Source of the DNA: Candidatus Omnitrophota bacterium
Lineage (GTDB): Bacteria > Omnitrophota > Gorgyraeia > Zapsychrales > Zapsychraceae
Length of the DNA stretch: 64,000 bases
Assembly (NCBI GenBank): GCA_021108075.1
Contig: JAIORP010000120.1
Location: 21,557 to 85,556 of the forward strand
Direction of reading: 5' to 3'
The notes beneath the pieces were generated by a model, which did not search any database, was not told the DNA's origin, and saw only the letters and a program-made list of their open reading frames with translations. Position numbers and translations under genes: made by a program. Below, in pieces: positions 39,001 to 45,000 of the stretch (the stretch's first letter is position 1; each line of letters starts with the position of its first letter).

Positions 39001-42000
39001 ATGGAAGCCAACACGTCCAACGTATACCGGACGAGAAATCCGGAAATTTTCGCGCATAACAATCAATCAGAGAACAAAATTTATCAGCGATTTAGAGCGT
39101 GTCCGGCTTCGAGTAAACGGATTCGCGCGAGAACAATTGACCGATAAGACAAAAGCAGCGTTCACTCGGGATATTAAGGCCTTATCCGATAAGATTCATG
39201 CGGGTAACGGGGAAAGCGCGTCTTTCTTCCGAAGAGAAATCAAAAAGATTCAAGCCGTTCTTGATCAGGTCGATGTCCAGGAGATGAAAGATGCTGAAGG
39301 AGTGATAAAGGACAAGAACGGCAAGAATAAAAAGAGTGACGGCCAGTTCATGCCAGCAGAAGGGGATCAAAGCGCTCAAGCGGATATGGTTGGTACGATG
39401 ATATTGATGCTTGCTATAGATTTGAATCTCGACTTAACACAGCCCGCGCTTTTTACTCGTTTGAAACGGATTTATGAGAAGATGCCGGAAGCCATCGATA
39501 CGTTAGTAACCTCTAAGAAATCATCAGTGCCAGAACACAAAGAACAGTTGAAAATATTAGTGAGCCGAGATGCAACCGATTTTGACATTGAAGAGCGGCT
39601 CAACATTGTCGATCAGATCGCAAACCCTTCTATTGCTTTTGAGGTCACGCTGTCTGAACTCAACAATGATCAAATTGATAACATCATCCGTTATGCACGT
39701 TTAAACCGTTCTGTCAAGCAGGATAAGGTTGAGGTGAACATGGCGGACTTCTTCAATGGACCTGACGGTAAGATTGAGGAACGTATAAAAGAAAGGATTT
39801 CCCGGGAGGCGTATAACCTCAGTAATGCTGATCAGCTCAAAAATAATTTAAGAAACGTTGAGGACGTTATCGACGAACTAGAAGGATTAAAGCAATTGAT
39901 TCAAAAAACGCTGGATCAGTTTCCTCAGCATGAAATTAAAAACTTCACGATTACGAACCGCACAAGCAATGATATCTGCATCAGAATTAATGATGAAAAG
40001 ATTTTAAATGAATTAAGGATCGGGACCCTGATCACGTGTGATGACCATCAGGGCCGATGGACGTTAGCCATTCGGGATATTAACGATGGCCATATCCGGT
40101 GTGCTTCTACTAAAAGTTTACGATTATTAGTCCCTCGAACCGTCAGGATGACGTTTAAAGCTCAGACCTCGGCAGAGGATCAGAATATCAAGGTTTTAAT
40201 CAAGTTATTAAGGCAGTTGAGAAAGCAAGGTTATACGGGCGTCGAGGCTGTTGATTGGGCCTTACGTTTACGCATCCCGCCAAGATCGATCCAAAGTCTG
40301 CAGGAGTTAAAAGCGGCAAAGGGGCTAACAACAAAAATGGCCGGCTTAGATGAATTTCAACGCGCCGCTGTTTATTTAATGGCAAAAACGCGGTTTGGGT
40401 TTGTCCATGGTCCGGCTGCGAGCGGAAAAACACGGGTGATCAGGGCCGGGGTCGCGACACTCATCCATCAATTTAAGCGTTTCATTTTCACGGCAGCTTA
40501 TCAAAATGTCAATGTCGATGACTTAACAACAAAGATCGGACAGGATAAAAGTATCCCGGTTGTGCGTCTTGGACATCCCACGAGTATCGCCCCGGATGTT
40601 TATGATGCGTATGCCTATAAAAATAAAGAGGCCTGGAACCGGTTTAAAAATAAATATGATGATCTTAATACGTTCCAAGACGAATGTGGCGCGACGTTAA
40701 CGATGACCTTAATGGGTGGGGCTTATGATGAATCATTGCAGAAATTTTTAATATATCGGGCGAAAAATCCAAATGACGCGCGTTTCAAGAAGTTAACGCT
40801 TATCATCGATGAAGCCGCCATTATTAGTTATGTTGATATGCTTGTCGCCTTGTATTTGATCAATCCTTATGCGGTTATTTTTGTCGGTGATTATGTTCAA
40901 ACCCGTCCATTACCCTTTGATGCTGAATATCAAGATGTTATCCCGCAAAAGCATATCGCTCAAATCATTGAACAACAGGCAAAGGACGTTCGCCGCTATG
41001 AAAAGAGCCTGTTCGAAGATTTAGCGGATGAGCCGTATGACCGTGTCCGTTTGTTACGCAATTATCGTAACCATTGGGCGCATGTTGATTTGATGCAGCC
41101 GTTTTATTCCTTCCCATTGCTCAGCGCCAGCCGGGAAAGAGGGGACCCATTAGAAGAAGACACCGTTGTTATTCTCGATACCGCTCAACCGGGCGTCCTG
41201 GACGAATGGCTTGATCAAAAAGGATTAACATGTTTAGATTTTACGACCAGTCGAACGGCAATTCATCAAGGTCATCAAAGTTATGCCCTTGCAGGAGAGG
41301 CCCGTTGGTCGGTCGGAAAAATCATGCGGTATGTTTTGGCACGTCAAAACCAGGAATCCGCTTTTGACGCAAAGGATTATTTATTCATCAGCCCATATTG
41401 CGGCCAGGTTAAAGAGATCAGCCGGCAAATAAGGACGATGAGTCGTCTGCACGGGTTAGCCTTGTGGCAGCAGCAAGCTTTATTACAGCGCGTGTTAACA
41501 GCACGTTTAGCACAAGGGTTAGAAGCCCTGGATGTTGTGATTTCTTTTGGACGGGCAACAGCTCCGAATAAAAGAAATGTCCGGGCGGGAGCAAATGGTT
41601 TTGCCCGTATGAATTTGCCTTTGGTCGCTGATCCTCATGCTTTACTTGTGATGCTCTCACGCGCCCGAAAACGTCTTTTTGTGATCGGTCATCGTCCGAC
41701 GCTGGAGTTTCTCAGCCGGAAGGGATCTGATCCGCAGATGTATAGCAGGCTCTTTAACTACAAACCGATGCCTCGCCGGCAACATCAAGATGATGGCTGG
41801 TTCTGTGCTATGTCAACACCTGTTTTCCAACCGGCTGTGACTGAACCGATCAACGATGAGGCAGCCCAATTAATATCAAAGGGCATTTTCTTGGAATTGA
41901 AACGTAAAATTTCAGAAGGCATGTTCAATCAAGAAGAGAATATCCGCTGTCAATCGAAGGCCTATTCGCATGACCGCATTTCATATTATCGTCTCGAAGA

Positions 42001-45000
42001 AACAGACGGGAAGCTGCGTCATGTCATGGATACGGTTTATATGCGCGTCGGACATTTATTTGTCATGAATGCAGATATTTGGAAGGTGCTAACACCAATC
42101 ATGCAAGACGCGATTCGAACAAATGTGATTATTGTTCCAAGTATTAACGCCTTATCCTTATCCCGCAATAATTATTTTTATTACACTATTTCTACGATCG
42201 TTGCCATGATGCAGACGGATTTAAGAGGAAAAAGAGTGATTGATGCCGGCGCAGCAGAAGGCTTACTTGGGCTGGTGGCTTTGAAATTAGGCGCCCACTC
42301 GGTTGATTTGATCGAATATGACCGGCGCTTATTAGAAGGAGCTCAAGGTATTTTATCACTGAACGGTTACCAACCCGATATTCATTACCGTATCCATTGG
42401 ACCAGTCTCGTCCATACGTATTTTTTATCATTGCGTTTGAATCAGACTGATTTGCCGAGCGTACTCATTTCCAATATCGGCCCGTGGGCTTGGACAGGGG
42501 ATGTATCCAATAAGGATTCCATTGATTTATTGGCGGCGTTGAAGAATGTTCAAACATTTATTGCCAGCGGCTATGACTGGGATCATACCACGATGATTGG
42601 AGCAGACCATGAATACATCCGTCCACTCGGTTTCAAAGAATTAGACTTTGTTCAATGTCAGCTCGGGCACAAGGAATTGCTGACCTGGATGGTTAGCAAG
42701 ACAGAACCGAGCTCTGTTAAGAACGAAGAATATTTCAAATATATTAAAGATTGCGACTTGGACAATCTTCTGACGGCCAGCAATGTCTACCGGTATTTAG
42801 AGGAAGAGATTGATCCATCATTGGCCGTAGTCCTCCGTTTTGCTGCAGACAAGATAACCGGCGCTGAGTTGATGACGCAGATCGTCTTTATCCCGTCCGA
42901 TGGTTTATTCAAGGAAAGAGTGCTGTTGCGCAGCGCGTTTCTCCAAAAGCATTTGCCACTTGCGGTCCAAGGACAATTGTTCATTGAACCAACGGTCAAT
43001 TATCATATGTTGGCACATGCAAACCATTCCAAAGCGCTGTCCTTAGCTGACGCTGATCCAAATATTTTGATAGGTCCTCGTCAGGAAGAAGATTTAATCA
43101 GTGATTATCCTGAAGAGAGTTTAGCTCCGTATTGGACGTGGCTCGCTCCTGTCGCGCGCGCCTCGGTTGAATCGAAATTCCATCACGCCTTACGACCGAT
43201 TATCCCACTGATGTTAAGTGTATTGCAATACGTGAAAGTCCCTGGAGCGAAGCGATTAGCAAAGATCGGGATGGAAACATATCGTGTGAACAAAGAATTT
43301 TTCAGGGAGCATCCTTATTTACGTGGTCCACCTTGGATCCGGGCCTTATTTCAGCCTGTTGCCAGAGGGTTTGACCACGATAATGCCATCTGTTGGCAAT
43401 TGCCGTATCCGTACATTAAGAAAATCAAACATTCTTCACGGTTTTTCATTGAGGTTCATGAACGTCAAATATTCGACATTGAAGTCCCCAAACAATTCAG
43501 ACGCCGTGTCTTGTCACAGATCGCGGCTGCCGTCCTGCGTTTTATCGGCGAGATTAAAGCCTGGGTTTATTACTTCAGGAATTACAAATCCTTGCTCAAA
43601 CAATATGTTCATAAAGAAGAAAAGAGATCAACAGTTGTTGACCGGTTTATTTTAGACTTTAAACCATTGACAGACATGACGCCACAAGAACAATTGTTGT
43701 ATGCCCGGGCGAATACGGAAGCACGTGTTAAGCGCAAGGAAACATGGATGCGGGAAAACGCCCAGGAGGTTCAGCGCCGAGACGGTGAGACTCTTATGGC
43801 CTGGGTCAAACGTGTGTTGTATGACTTGAACTGTGAAGTGAGTGAAGCGGACTTGGACATTGTTGAAATATCAGACCAGAAACTTGTGACGTCAAACTGT
43901 AACAACTGTCCGATCCTTGACGCTTGTGAGAATCTGGGACTTGATACACACTTCGTCTGTAAAGAAATTATGCATAAACCATTTGCCCGTTTGGTGGAAC
44001 TCATGGACCCGCGCCTGACATTTGACCGGGATTATGTCTATGGGTTACGACCGCAAGCTTTGAGCTGTATTGAGATTATAACGATTGATGAAAGCAAAAA
44101 AGACAACAATCACAACGGCCGTCCTAATAATGGTCAACATACCCGGGTGATTAACCGCAAAGACATTCTTCCTTTACTTTTTGGGAATTGTTTATTGAAG
44201 GGGCTTTTGGACTTGGAAGCCTATGTCCAACTGGATAATATTTATAAACATATTTTTACTTATGATGGTCCTGAAAAAATCATAAAGATCATTACGGATG
44301 ATCACGGGCAAGAACGGCTTTTGGTCAAGAAGGATTATATCCAGAGATTCATCCCCGAGGACATAAGAGATAAGCTGATGATCAAACCAACCGCTTATGG
44401 ATATCATGTCCGAGTCGTTGATGATGTTCCTGCCTACGAGCAGGAAGACTATCAAGCGTTCAGGTTGATGCCCGATGGAATATTTCTGGGGATAGATGAT
44501 GCATCAGAAAACACGAATGAGTCAGAGGCGCCTGCGGCACCGCTGAATGTTGTTGGTCCAGAGGGTCCTCCGGACGATGAAGACGATGACCGGATTCCTT
44601 GGTGGTGGTTTTTGTTAGCTTTCATCATGTGGGGGCTATTACTTCGCAAGCATATTTTTCAGGAACAAGACTTTACAAATCCAGATCCATTATTGAAAAG
44701 AGTTGAAACCGTATATTATCGCGCACCGCTGTTAGAGCCGAGGCCAAGGAATCCAAGATTAAGGTTTATCGACGGCATATTCAAGAAGTACGCACCTGTT
44801 GTTGATCCGACCCCTGCAAAATGGCCATTCCCGGCAGATAAAGAAAGGTTTCCGGAGACCGTAATTCCGGGGCATATCCTTTCGGACGTGCGTATCCGCA
44901 AGATGCCCCCCAGGATCCTCGTCCAGCCGTATACGGTCTTTCCAATGCTGTATATTCAGCGGGAGGTCGATCAAATGGGTCTGCCGCAGTTTGGGCCAAT

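Noticed and set aside
10847-44494. Spacer modules as inteins/Hint domains
   Set aside because: There is no C-terminal His-Asn followed by Cys/Ser/Thr. The modules end in hydrophobic-Gly, and the Cys begins a predicted helix.
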